The notes under the pieces were generated by a model, which was given only the letters and a program-made list of their open reading frames with translations, did no database searches and was not told the origin of the DNA. Below, piece by piece: positions 26,290 to 38,946 of a stretch of DNA of 64,000 nt. Origin of the DNA: Patellaria atrata CBS 101060 (lineage: Eukaryota); assembly GCA_010093705.1 (NCBI GenBank), contig MU006089.1, positions 3,064,061-3,128,060 of the forward strand. Reading direction: 5' to 3'. Each line of letters opens with the position of its first letter. Within the stretch, counting starts at the first letter, position 1. A program made the translations under genes and the position numbers.

Positions 26290-27058
26290 AAAGGCACCTT
26301 GCACCCTACAACTTCCGCCGGCCTTTGCGATTGATGAAGGACGCACTCAAACAAAGCGAATGGACCATATGACTTGAATACTTCATTTACGAGAAATTCT
26401 GGTTTGACATATATACTGAGAGGGCGGAAGAATTGCAGCAGTGGAATAACCGAATCTGGAAGAGGCTGCTGGAAGCAGTGCGCTCCTTGCCAAAAGGAGA
26501 AACTCAATTAAAGGTCACAGCAGAGAATCTTGGCTTGTTAAACCCTCCCACCACCGTCTCGCCTTTGACATTCCGGAAACTCGACAGGGGCACCAGAATA
26601 CGAAACCGGCTAGCCTGACCGAAAAGCTTGCCGCTACCGAGGCGGACCTCGATAGGACCGTAAAATTGATTAGTGAATTTGTCCAAGGCACGGAGCGTTA
26701 TCGGCACGCAGAGATCCTCGTTTACCATCAACGGGACCGATTGCATTGGGTTCTCACGGAAGCGCTTGAAATGGACGCTGAGATGCTCCCGAAACATAGG
26801 ATAGCCAAGAGCAAGTCAGGGCCAAGCGCGGAGGAGAGCACGAAGAGAAAACGTGATGATGATGATGATGATGATGATGCCCACCCTGAACCATGGTCTA
26901 AGAGGACGAGGCAAGGAACGAGAAGAGGGGCCGGAAAGGATACAGTTCTAGACACAATGCCGGGGAAGCCTCCAGCTCGTCGAACTCATGGAGTATCCCC
27001 CAAAACCACTTCAACACCACTGGGTGTGAGAGCATCCACCCGCCGGAAACGAGGTTAA
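26290..27058 (+). pseudogene. Disrupted ORF remnant of unknown family, ending in a basic/acidic low-complexity tail
   Basis: Frame RHLAPYNFRRPLRLMKDALKQSEWTI*LEYFIYEKFWFDIYTERAEELQQWNNRIWKRLL...; later ORF 26666-27058 contains a (GAT)8 microsatellite at 26855-26878. Confidence 0.35.
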
Positions 27059-28902
27059 TTGGCCTATTTGTAATAGGAGTCTATTACACTTCTCAGTGTA
27101 CTATATATTTCGACATTGAGATTGTGATTTGCATTTCTAGCTTGGTCAATTACCCGAAGAATCTCAACCATATGGATTATCAGGACCATTTCCGGCGTGA
27201 ACCTATGGCCTGAAGATGTTCTGTCGTCTACACTATCGAATGATATGCCTCCGTTGCCTCAAAGACCGGGGTTTCTGGAACCGAGGGACTATGTCGGTCA
27301 TATGCTTGGCCATACTAAGGACTACGCAAGGCAGACACAGTGAAGAGGAAGAGAGAAAGGATGAGAACGAGGGGGTTGAGGACGATGGGACGAGAAGGAG
27401 AAGGATGCGTATCCTACCGCAAAATCGGTTGAGGTTTCTCGACATACCCGCTCCGCTATATCTACCTAGTGTCTACCTAGTTATCGTTGCCTTCAAGCAC
27501 TCTGGCTTAGAGCGTCTAGAGTCTACAGTAGATCGAGGCCCGGGATGTGGATCCATCAGGTATAAGAATGCGTCAGACACTCTTCAAAGTGGGTATTTAA
27601 CTTCCGCTACATGTCTCTACTCATTTCTCATTGCATCCCCTTCTCATCTCTATTCCTCCCGTCAACAGAATTCTCCTCGAGAACTAAGCTCAGAGAATCC
27701 ACACCCGTTCACCACGAAGTAGTTAAGATCGTCGAAACGCACGTGATCGACCGTAAAAGAAGCCTCGAAGACAACATCTGCCACATCGTCGCGCCTGTAT
27801 AGGTTTATTGGCACCCTATGGTATACATTTCATCGTCGTGATTAGTGACGAAGAAGAAGAAGGACGACCCCAACAGGGGATTCTGGTAAGAAGTAGCTTA
27901 CAAAGATTATGGTGCACCGCTGGTTCTGCTTCCAAGTCGGTGTTACATCTTTAATTATTTGACGCTTTATTCTACTGGATTAGTAAATAGAAATCTAAAC
28001 CCTTTACCCTATTTATCTACCACTGCGTTGCTTCCAGTTTACGGATAGGACTTTTTTCTATAATCTAAGTAGGGCAATCTGATATCTTCTAGCCCGATGG
28101 CTAAGAGACAGTAATAGAGCAGGTCGTATATCCAGCTCCCTCCGCTACCTTAGTAGAGCATTCGGATCTCACTTCTATAGCCGGTCGGTCGGTCCGCTGT
28201 ACTAAGGTACTGGCTGTGCCGGCTCTTTGGTAGCAGTACGATTCAATCAGCTAAGGTCATATTCGATCCGTACGAGTGCCTGAGTTCTACTGATTGTGGT
28301 AAGTAGTAGATATATAAATGGAGGTTTATTACTATTTGTTTCGAAACGAAATATTAATATAATAAAGAGCAAGATACCTTATTTTACCTGGAACTCGAAA
28401 AGTATTCTAACCTAAGGCTACCGTACCTTCCATTAGGTTACCTTACCTTAAGCGGAACAAGTGGTGCGCCACCACAGCCACGGTCTTGGTACGCTACCGT
28501 ACTCCGAGTTTCACCTTACCAAACTACTTGACTACCAATTTTTCTACAACAGATGCAAAGATGGCATATCTTGTTCGCCAAACAAGAATGCAAGGAGTCT
28601 AAGTCTACAATTAACTACCTTACTTCTAGCTGCATATCTCATATTTTCTAACCCCTAGATTTGAATCGATAAAGGTCTGTGGCGCCTTTACGACACCTGG
28701 GGCTATGTTTATATCTTATTGAACAAACAACATTATTCACCTAGTCATCAGGCAACAATATAACAGATACCACATTCACTCTGGATAGGTAGATAACTTA
28801 CCTTTTACCTTCACTGTCGCTCTTTCACTCTGTTTAACAAGGCCGATTGACGATTGTTCTTACACTACATCGCTCTTCGCTCTTCGCTCTTCGCTTGTCG
28901 AC

Positions 28903-29871
28903 ATGTTTCAATCAATATCCATCGTCGCCTGTTTATCTCAGCTATGCATTGTGCAAGTCCTCGCTACACCAGACCTTCAGAACTTGTCGAGCATGTCAAA
29001 CAAAATGACTTTGGATTCGGATGTTCTACTTTGGTCTACAGTCCTGGCTATCCTCCTCTCCTCCCTCATTCTAAGTCGCTCTATCTATGTATACACACGC
29101 TCAAGTCAACGCAAACCGAAACATTTTCCCTTCCTTCGGTTACCTCCTGAGCTGAGAAGTTCGATCTATGAATATCTTGTTGAATGGAATCCGATATATC
29201 CACCGCTTCCGCCACTACCTGAATCTCAACTTGGCCGTCTGGTCAAGTGGGTAGCTTTTATCGTACGCTGGAATCCTCGGTACTCTTATCGCAACCCCAT
29301 GTTGCTGGTCAATCGTCAAATTCACGCCGAGTTCATCGAGCTGTTGTGCATGAGGAAATCTTTTCTGCTTAAAGTGGATAAATTCAACCAGAACAAAGAG
29401 TGCATTTGGCCCATCCCAAGCTCAACAATCGCACAAATCCGCAAATGTGACCTCAAAATCATCGCCACCTCGGATATGCTCGAAGCCGACGACCCTCGAT
29501 CCATCACCGAAGACTTTTCATTGCGCGATCGAGTGTGCGATCAACTTGCACGAATGGTGAAACTCCAGCGCGTTAACTTGCATATCCACGCTCTTGGCGA
29601 TCCCCTCTGGAATCCTCTCTGGATGTGGTACTACATCTCACTCGCATTCAAAGACGTTCCCAACATTAAGTTCCGTGCCATTACTTTCAGCCTCCATTCC
29701 ATCAGTCCTATCCCGAATCTCCTCGCGAAAAACAAAGAAGGACTATGGGAGTGGCGCTGTCCCTTCGGACATCAGATTGAAGCGGACGCAAACCGGGTCC
29801 AGCCGATACGCGAGTTTTGCTCGAATCTGTACAAGGAGTGCGAGACCTGTGACGCTCCCTCAACCCCCTGA
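28903..29871 (+). CDS. F-box-like domain protein with N-terminal hydrophobic segment
   Basis: Intact 322-aa ORF; F-box-like FPFLRLPPELRSSIYEYLV and LLVNRQIHAEF; C-terminal Cys motifs. Start may be 28993. Confidence 0.75.
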   Translation: MFQSISIVACLSQLCIVQVLATPDLQNLSSMSNKMTLDSDVLLWSTVLAILLSSLILSRSIYVYTRSSQRKPKHFPFLRLPPELRSSIYEYLVEWNPIYPPLPPLPESQLGRLVKWVAFIVRWNPRYSYRNPMLLVNRQIHAEFIELLCMRKSFLLKVDKFNQNKECIWPIPSSTIAQIRKCDLKIIATSDMLEADDPRSITEDFSLRDRVCDQLARMVKLQRVNLHIHALGDPLWNPLWMWYYISLAFKDVPNIKFRAITFSLHSISPIPNLLAKNKEGLWEWRCPFGHQIEADANRVQPIREFCSNLYKECETCDAPSTP

Positions 29872-31021
29872 GGCTGTTTTGCCCTATGAAGTAGGTTTTG
29901 GATGACTCGCAGCGAATCAGGCGCTATTGGGTATAATGAATTGAATATGATTCAATAGAGTGGTCACGAACTCACGATGTAAGATAGAATACGGTTGAGT
30001 AGTTAATGAACGAATGTGATGAAACACTCCCTTCGGCAAATTGCTGTTGGCGTGAGGAAGTCCTTCCAGAACTGTACAAGGTGTTGAGATTCTGTGAACA
30101 ACTGAAGTTGACCGTATATTATCATACATAGAGTAAGTGTACGGAAGTAGAGTGAGGAAGCCGTTGTTGCCATGTCGGAGGTGAAAGGACAAGAGAGTAA
30201 ATTTTGACCAGCAGATACACCGGTAGTATAAAGTCAGATATAGCATCGAGCTATACCTGCTTCGTCGCCCTCTTAGGGTAGGCCTAGCTTTCTATAATAC
30301 ATTCAGATCTCTTTAACCCGAATGCACAAACCGTCGGAACCTCTCAAAGGGGACGAACTCAATAGTAAACCTTACACATATAGTAGTGTACGTAGTAAAA
30401 AAGAAAAGGAGTGAGGGTTGTGATGGTCCAGGAGATAAATTTTAAGATGATGAGGTATAGAAGTTATTATATTGACATGTACTGTACTCAGCTAGGCAAA
30501 TCCTGCTTTAAGGTTTTATTCTGCTGAGCTCGTACAAGTTTAGCGTATGTTTAGCTTCCTGCTCGCAATCCCCGCCGTGCCGGATACCGGTCGACGATGA
30601 TCCAGATCTGACCGAATTCAAGCCGACTGGTACAATACAGTACAGTAATGAGTCCTAACCGGGAGATACAGTACTGTACAGTAAAGGTAATCAACTCGCG
30701 AGATACCTGAACTGTCCAACTGGCGTGACCTGAGGTAGTGACCTTTTGCCCACCGTTACCATGTCCTTTACACAGTACAAAATTCAATTTCGACTTGTAC
30801 TTACCCCCTCCTCGTTGCACCTATTATTGCCAATTCGCAATGTCCCGCTGCGTCCCCCGCTAGGATCGCGGAAATACCGATCGAGTACTGTACCAAGCAT
30901 TCCGCTTCCATTACGTTGTGCTTTTTCCACTTGAATTCGCCCCTCTAAAATTCTCACCTTTAAATGCCTTCTTTGTCAAAATCGGCTTCCGCGAGCTCAT
31001 AGTCACCAAATTCTTATCATT

Positions 31022-34000
31022 ATGGAGGCTGAGCCTAAACCAGATCAGGCAGAAAGAGCCCCGTCCATCTCCCAGAATTCCATAAGAGCTCGAGAGCTTT
31101 ACAAGTACTACAGACCCGATCAGGCTGTCACCACCACGACTTCTCAAATAACCTCTCCAGATACCACTTTGACAGCGTTCTGCCAACTGACAGCCATACG
31201 ACTGAATGCGGAACGCGCCCTCATCACATTGATTGACAGTGACACGCAGTATTTTGTTGCGGAATCCACCAGAAGTCTTAACCTTCATGATACTACAACT
31301 TCTGGAGACCCAGGGGATGGATTATGGGCGGGAGTAAGGAATCCCACTCACAGAAAAAGGCAACCCTTCTGACTTTCAGCAGTGCTCGTCCACCCCTAAG
31401 GTTGGGAAGCTTTGTGAGCACACCATATGTGTACCCTCTCGCACCGACGGTAATCCATCCTATTTCGAAGTTCTAGACCTCTCGAAGGATGAACGTTTCA
31501 AAGGCCTCCCCTTCATATCTGGGGAACCATATTACAAATACTACTGTGGGGTACCACTGCGGACAGGAACTGGGATTAACATCGGTTCACTCTTCGTCTT
31601 GGACAGGAGGATACCAGAGCCAATGAACCCTTCAAATAGAGAATGTAAGTGATCGTTTCATCTACCATGAGGAAGTTAAGGGACTGAGACAGCGGTTTTA
31701 TAGTCTTTGCAACAATGGCCAGTAACGTAATGCAGTACTATGAAATGGGCCATGAGAAACGCGTGAGACAGCGCATTATGCAGATGAACCAATGTGTAGC
31801 AACATTTGTGGAACCTGAGCATCAAAAGTCGCAGCTTTCGAAACAGAAAGCGGCGCTGGAGACACAGAATCAGTCGTCCTGGAGTCAAGCTGGGTCGCGA
31901 CCCGAGGGAAGTACGACATCTTCGAAATCTCCGCTGGAAGATAAAAAGCAGACTTCGACGGAAAGCGGTGGTGATAACTCCTCAGTCCACGAGTCGGAAG
32001 GTGAGGTAACTCCGAGGGTTACTGAGGATGATCGGACCGCTACTTTCAAGCGTGCGGCCGACCTCTTGCGCCTATCTCTTGACTTGGAGGAGGATGATGC
32101 AGCTCTCTTTATGGACAGTGTAGTGCCTGCCAACAAGCGTCAAACCGCTTCATCCACAGCTCCTGTTGGTGGAAGAACAGAAGACCGATCCTCGGCAGCT
32201 GGGGGACGCCGGCCGTCAGTTGATCACTTTACGGTAAGAACTTCGAGCTTTCACGGGGGAGAGAGCTCTCATAATACTCGTTCCTTCCTTTCAAGACACT
32301 CGATACCAGCTGAAGTGCTCGCATTCTCCTCCAAGAGCTCACCGGCATATTCTGATGATCCCACGGCACATCCGTCAGCTTTCACGCCTCTACTCCCCAG
32401 TGACTTGAATATCCTCTTATCTCGGCATCCTCACGGGAAATTATTCAGCTTCGAACATGGCCAGCTTGTCAACAGTTCCTCTAGCGAAGAATTATCGAAA
32501 GAATCTGCAGCGAAAATTCTCAGGAAACGTACACGACGTCCATCACAAACGGAGGCGAGACTTCTCCTGAAGCATTTTCCAAGAGCACGACAGATCATAT
32601 TCATACCTCTTTGGGATACGTGAGTACTTTTTCATAAGATAGCTATCAACACGCATTAGCTTATGCAAGTTTATAGGACCACTTCGAGATGGTCCGCTTT
32701 TTTCGCATATAATACTTCTGAGTTCCGAGCTTTCACCCACAATCCGGACTTGCTTCATTGCATTGCTTTTTGGTAAGGCACAGGAATGATTTATCTGGCG
32801 TTGACTAATGAGGATAGTAACTGCGTTATGACCGAAATCGCACGTTTAGCTGCTTTAGCAGCAGATCAGCAAAAGAGTGACTTCATTGGCTCTATCTCTC
32901 ATGAGCTTAGGAGCCCTCTGCACGGTAGGTAACATTCAAGTTGGAGTTTTCATAATCTAATTTGCATTTCAGGTATCTTGGCCTCTTGCGAATTCCTTTC
33001 GGAAACGGATGCAACATCATTCCAGAAGTCACTTATCGATACCGCAGATAGCTGTGCAAGGACTCTACTTGATACTATAAATATGGTTCTGGACTATAGT
33101 AAAATAAATGCGTTCGAAAGGAATGCGAAGACAGCTAGAAAAGCTCGACGAATAATTCCGGCTGCAATGAGCGGCAAGAATGCGCCGATTTTACAACCTT
33201 TACTTCATATTTACGGAGATGTCGATCTGGCTGCAATAACTGAAGAAGTAGTAGAAGGTGTCGCAACTGGACAGGTCTTCAAGGACTTTTCAAGCCTTGA
33301 TGCTACTCAGTATTCGAGTATTTCCTCATCTAAGCCGGGCCGTACCAATCTATCGCAGATTTCTAGCGGCCGTCCGAATGTGGAGGTGATCCTGGATATG
33401 CCACGACGAGACTGGATGTTTGTCACACAACCAGGTGCCTTTAGACGTGTCGTCATGAATTTGTTCGGTAATGCCCTGAAGTACACAGCAATGGGCCGTA
33501 TAATAGTCAAACTTGAAGCAGAAGATGCTATGTATGATGCAAACGATCCCACTCGGTCTTCCGGACACCCAGAACACGTATCCTCCTATGTGACATTGAC
33601 GGTATCTGATACTGGCCAAGGGATCTCCGCTGATTACATGCGAAATAAACTCTTCCAGCCATTCGCTCAGGAGAGTCCTCTGAACCCGGGGACAGGACTT
33701 GGTCTATCATTGGTCAAATCAATTGTGAATATGTTGGGTGGTGAAATAGACATTAAGAGCGCGGTTAATGTTGGTACACAGGTTACAATCAGGTTCCCGA
33801 TGCAGGCATCCTCTTCTCAAGGTTCCTCTGGTTCGGGAAATTCAAACCAAACACCCAGCTCCGCCGGCAGCGGAATAGAACGAGTGAAAGATGATAGCCT
33901 TGATATTGTGAGAGAGAGAGTACGGGGGAGAGTTGCAGCGATATACCCACGCAAACTAACAGTAGGTTCGCCGGAAGAGGCGATTGCGAATACGGTTCGT

Positions 34001-35476
34001 GAGGTATTGAGCAAGTATTTGACTGAATGGTTCCAGTTTTCAAAGGTTGAAGATTGGATCCCTTCGACGAAAGCCTCTGTCATAGTCATCGATGAGGCCG
34101 ACTTCTCGGGGTTCTTAAAAGCTATGCCTGGAATCTTCGACAATAAGGATGAACCGGCCGTCTTAGTACTTGGTACTTCTGCATCACGCCTGACAGCCAC
34201 GTCGGAATTCCCTACAGCTAGGAATTTAGAGTGGTTGTGTCGTCCGTGGGGCCCTTTCAAACTTGCCAAAGCGTTGAGGCTTTGTCTAGGCAACACTGAA
34301 TTGTCATTACCAATACTTGACGAAGCTGGTTATCATCCAAGCGTTCAACCTGCTCAAACCAGTCCTATCGGTGATGTCGTAACAGTGCTCGAACAGGTCA
34401 CCCTCAAGTCCGAAGGTGTCGATTCAGCAGAGATATCAATCCTGAAACAAGGCTCCGCGCTAGCAAATGAGGATAGCAGCAACGCGTGGATGGCCATGGA
34501 TAGTACCGTCACCAGCCAGGGAAGTGAAGACTCCAAGGACAAGTCGCATAGCGAATTCCCATTCCCGATGAAAGAGGGCGAGCTTGTTCCCCCTGAGAAG
34601 ACTGAACCAATTGCGACGAAAGAAACCGAACCGATCCCCCAGGAGGAAACAAAGCCGACTTTACCACTTCCATCTCCGGCGTATAATCGGCCATTACTTC
34701 ATTTACGCCACACTCTTTCACCTACCACCACGGAGCTCTCAGCTAACGATGGAGCACCAGCGTCTCCTATGTCCAGCAAGGGCGTCATAGTGAATGCAAC
34801 AGCACCACAACTTTCCCAGCCCTCATCAGTCTCCCCACGAAGCGCAATCTCTCCAGGTCTCCCTATACCAACATCAGGAACCAACCGCACCCCTCGTCTC
34901 CTACTGGTAGACGACAACCAAGTGAACCTCCGCCTTCTGCAGACCTTCATGAAAAAGCGCAATTACAACCTCATCTCCTCTGCCACCGACGGCGCCCAAG
35001 CCGTCGAGGTATTCCGAGAGCTCATGAATCAGGAACCCCCCGCACCTCCTGATATCATTTTCATGGATATCTCGATGCCGGTCATGAATGGCTTTGAAGC
35101 CACCAGACAAATCCGCGCCATCGAAGCCGCTTCGTCCGCAGCTACCGTCATGACGCCCGGGGAAACTCCGATCTCGCCCCCGTCAAGCGTGGCCTCTCCC
35201 AGCGGCGATCGCGGCAAATCCCCCATATCCCATCGTCGCCCCTCTCAGCTCAATCCTTTCGAGACGCCGGCGCCGAGTTTGGTAATCGCGCTCACGGGTC
35301 TCGCGTCTGCGCAGGACCAGGCCGAGGCGTTCGTCTCCGGTGTCGACTTGTATATGACAAAGCCTGTCAGCTTTAGAGAGGTAGGCAGGTTGTTGGATAA
35401 TTGGGTGAGGAATGGGGGTGTTCGGGAAGGCGTCCCGCATGGGCCGGTCACCGGTGGGTCTTCTGGTACGGCGTAG
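31022..35476 (+). CDS. Hybrid sensor histidine kinase (GAF - HisKA - HATPase - REC)
   Basis: Exons 31022-31333, 31383-31644, 31704-32619, 32677-32772, 32818-32924, 32973-35476. GAF (LCEHTI...YYCGVPLRT...NIGSL), H-box SISHELRSPLHGILAS, N-box NLFGNALKYT, DTGQGI, GTGLGL, REC LLVDDN...DIIFMDISMPVMNGFEA...YMTKP. Confidence 0.93.
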
Positions 35477-36553
35477 GAGTGGTAAGACTTACTCACTGGA
35501 TTTCGGGTGGTCATGAAGTATGAGAGATGAGCGATGAGCGATGAGTGGCTTTCTGATGTTTTCTGTGCATTTGGTGGCGTTTGTGGTGCATTGTCAGGCT
35601 TGAGATAGACGGGAAGCGAGGCGTGGGTTTTCAAGCTTTTGTATGTTGAGAAGGGGCTTGTGAGGGTGTGGTGGTTATGATGAGTTTAATTGTAGATATA
35701 AGGGATAGAGAATTGTCATGTGATGGATTACCCTTCGCGTGAGATATATTGAGAGAGATAACACTGGATCGAGTATTCCTATCGAACTGTAATTGATTTT
35801 TAACGGGATTTAGATGTTTTCTGGACATCACTGGCGACCTATTGAGCTAGGAGTACTGGACTACGGTTCTGCACCCTATATACGATTCTGTCACTACCGT
35901 ACACCCAGTACTCCTTAATGCTCTCTTTCCCAAACAGCAGAGCCAGGAAACATGTCCAAGGGGATGGATCCCATAAGCAACCTTCAACCAAATTGGCCAG
36001 TACAGTCAACTTCAGTAGCAGACCCGCTCACTTCCCTCATCCCGCCCCCGCAAAGTCAGAGCTCACAGCCATCGCATCGGGACACAGCACGCAGTCCCCC
36101 TATTACCAGACGCAAGCATCACAAAAACTTCGCATTCTCGTCTAAGCTGAGGTAGCTACCTACGTACCATGCCATGCCGTGCCATCTCGCCTCTCTAGCG
36201 GATATCACAAACCAAATTACACGACCGAAAAAAGCGCAGTGATGACGAAGAAAAGGGGGGGCAACAATGCCGATGAACCAACCGAGCACATGATCTGCTT
36301 TCTTACTTTTCAGAACCCGACGACTGTGCCATATCTCCCAAAAACGCCTGATATGCAAGAACCGAAAAAGGTAGGGGGTAAGACAAGCGATGAAGAGAAA
36401 CGCAATAGATGATATGAACGAAGACACGTATGCCTGTTTCAGACGTAGACGCATACGAAGAAATGATAATCCGGAACAGATTACCATGTCGTCTGGATAA
36501 AGAAAAGATGATACCATGATAGAATCGGTGCAGACGCCAAGAGGAAGTGATTC

Positions 36554-38338
36554 CTAATCCTTGATATCCCTAGCCCACGCCCTACAAACCGTTTTCCTCT
36601 CCAATCCATCTGCCTCAAGAACCCTAACCACATCTCTAAACTGGATTTTCTTCCCGCGGAGCCCATCCTCCCTGAACTCGCCCCACCTCTGCTCCTTAGC
36701 CCTGAGGTCCTTATCCACGCCACCCGGACCCGGTGAACCGGCGACACCGCCGACGTTCGTGTTGATCCGACTCGGTGTGCTGGCCCCCGAACCCGCCGTG
36801 CTCATCCACGAGTATTTAGACTTCTTTCCGAACTGCATGTTCGCCGTCGAATTGGCCGCTCTGTGTAGTACCTCCTCCGTCTGTCCTTGCTTTGCGAGCT
36901 TGTCGCGTTCCTTCTTCGTCATCTTTGTCTCAGGTGCGATCAGAGAGGTCGGGTTAGGGGTGCTGGCGCCGCCGGGTGTGGAGGGTGAGTCTGCGGTGCC
37001 GGAGTCGGCGAGACGACGCCGCTTGGTGCGCGCGGCGATACGGGCTTCTTCGTGCTTGCGGTCGGTGGTGGCTACGGTTCGAAGTTGGATTGCGAGGGTG
37101 CTGGAGAAGGATATGGTGGGCTGGGGAGTTGGTGGGGGGTCGGTGGGGGGTGTTGGTAGTCGAGCGGCGTTTGGTGAACGAGGACCTTATAAGAGTCTGT
37201 CAGTTTATGGTCTCGGGATCACATCAATCTTCATACCTTTCCCAGGAATTGTCCCCGGACTGATGGCACTGTCGGGCATATCCCACGCTGTGTTGGATAC
37301 ACTCTTCTGTATGGCTTTGATCGACTTGGTTGCGCCGTCGCCTACAGCCAACGATGCCCAGTCCGGGGGAACGTCACCATTGGAGCCGATTTGACGAGCG
37401 CGAGTTAGAGCATATGAATCTTCTACGACTCCACGTATACGCTCTTGAGTAGCCAGAGAAAGAATGGTAAGGATGTCCGCGTAAGTACCAGGCATAACGA
37501 TACTACTAGCTTGTGCAGATATGATGGCGCCATTAGGCCCAGTTCCAGTGATCATGCTTTGATTTTGAAAAGTCAGTTCTGGTTTCCTGTCGTACAAACC
37601 GTTTACGTCGATGCGAACGCCGCTCTCAAGGCCTCTGTCGTGAAGCCGCTTGCGGAGAGTGTTGCCATAAAGGAAGGGATCATTCAAATGGATTGCCTGG
37701 TGCTCGTTAAAAGCTCTTGCGGCCCTCTTGTACTTCTCTTCTATACTCCGTTCGACATCTTTTTCTGAGATACCCGCATTCTGATTCAACTGGCCTGCTC
37801 CTTGAAGCGCCGAAAATCCATTACTACGCTGCGACCACACGTTAAAGCTCGTATTAGGGGAAAGGGTAGCCGAAGATTGTGTGTTAAAAGACAGGTCCGC
37901 GCCGTGCTGGTTGCGATAGGTTCCAGTCAAATAGTTTTCTTCTTCTCGTAGATCTACTCCAGAGACAGCCATGACATCACTTATTTCATTGATATCGGTC
38001 GATCTATCAGCCTTCTCCAGCTTATCTGATTTTTCCGCAGGACGCTGAGGAGGTCCCATAGTGCCAGCTGCTGGACGGGATGCGGGAACTGCATTGTACG
38101 ACTGTGGAGCGTGGAATGAGACGGGAGAATGCTGTGACTGATTTGGCGCTGTAGATGGGAAAGGGGGAAAACTCAGGGGAGAATGCGCGGATTGAGGGGG
38201 ACCTTGGGGAGAAGATAACGTTGGAGAACCAGTGTAAGGAGATCCAGGATAAGAGTCGAGCCTTTGTCTCTTATTTGGGGGGAGTGAGAGCTCGCCATTG
38301 GTAGGCGGCTGACCGCCATACGGAGCGTAGTTTGACAT
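36554..38338 (-). CDS. TAF4: TFIID subunit Taf4, ~577 aa
   Basis: Exons 38338-37237 and 37185-36554 (intron GTATGA...CTGAC...AAG). Motifs DVMAVSGVDLREEE, ILSLATQERIR, HRAANSTANM, KKSKYSWM, IQFRDVVRVLE. Confidence 0.85.
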
Positions 38339-38946
38339 TGTAGCAGATCTCGTCGTTCGAAAGAGAGATGATATATATGTCCTTTAAAGAAGGTAGAGAA
38401 GGTAGAAAGGCCGACTGAGGAGGTTAGGTAGGTGTTGCGGCCAGCCGGGGGCGCTGGGGGGTTATCTTCTATTTGAGTCGAACATCTGCGGCGACTGATC
38501 TTGCGGGTCACAAGCCGATGTACCCTACTGTACTGTCGCGATCCACGGGACTATTCTTGAATCTTGAACGTGGTCGAAATTATGAATGGGAATCATTCAT
38601 TCTATTGATGATATTGTCCTTGGACTATCGTGACAAGAGGAAAGGAAAAGCAGAAGGTCTAAGTCTTGGCACCCGACAGGCAGAGTCAGAGCTTCGTCTC
38701 GGTCAAATTAATTTCCGGTTCTTACAGTAAATTTGATTACATACATGCGTGGAGCACAAAAGTTACAGAATATTTGAGAGTATCTCATCGATATCACGTT
38801 TTTCCTTTGTGCTTCCAAAGTGCCAAACAACATTCCACCATCCAAGTCTTACAAGGTTTGCTCCATAACTGACGTAGAACGATACATACAAGGCGCTACA
38901 GATCCTATCGCGGACATCATATGCAATTACCACTAAGTAGGTCGTG

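Noticed and set aside
27850..28700. Transposon or LTR relic
   Set aside because: TA-rich, but no terminal repeats or transposase/RT motifs visible.
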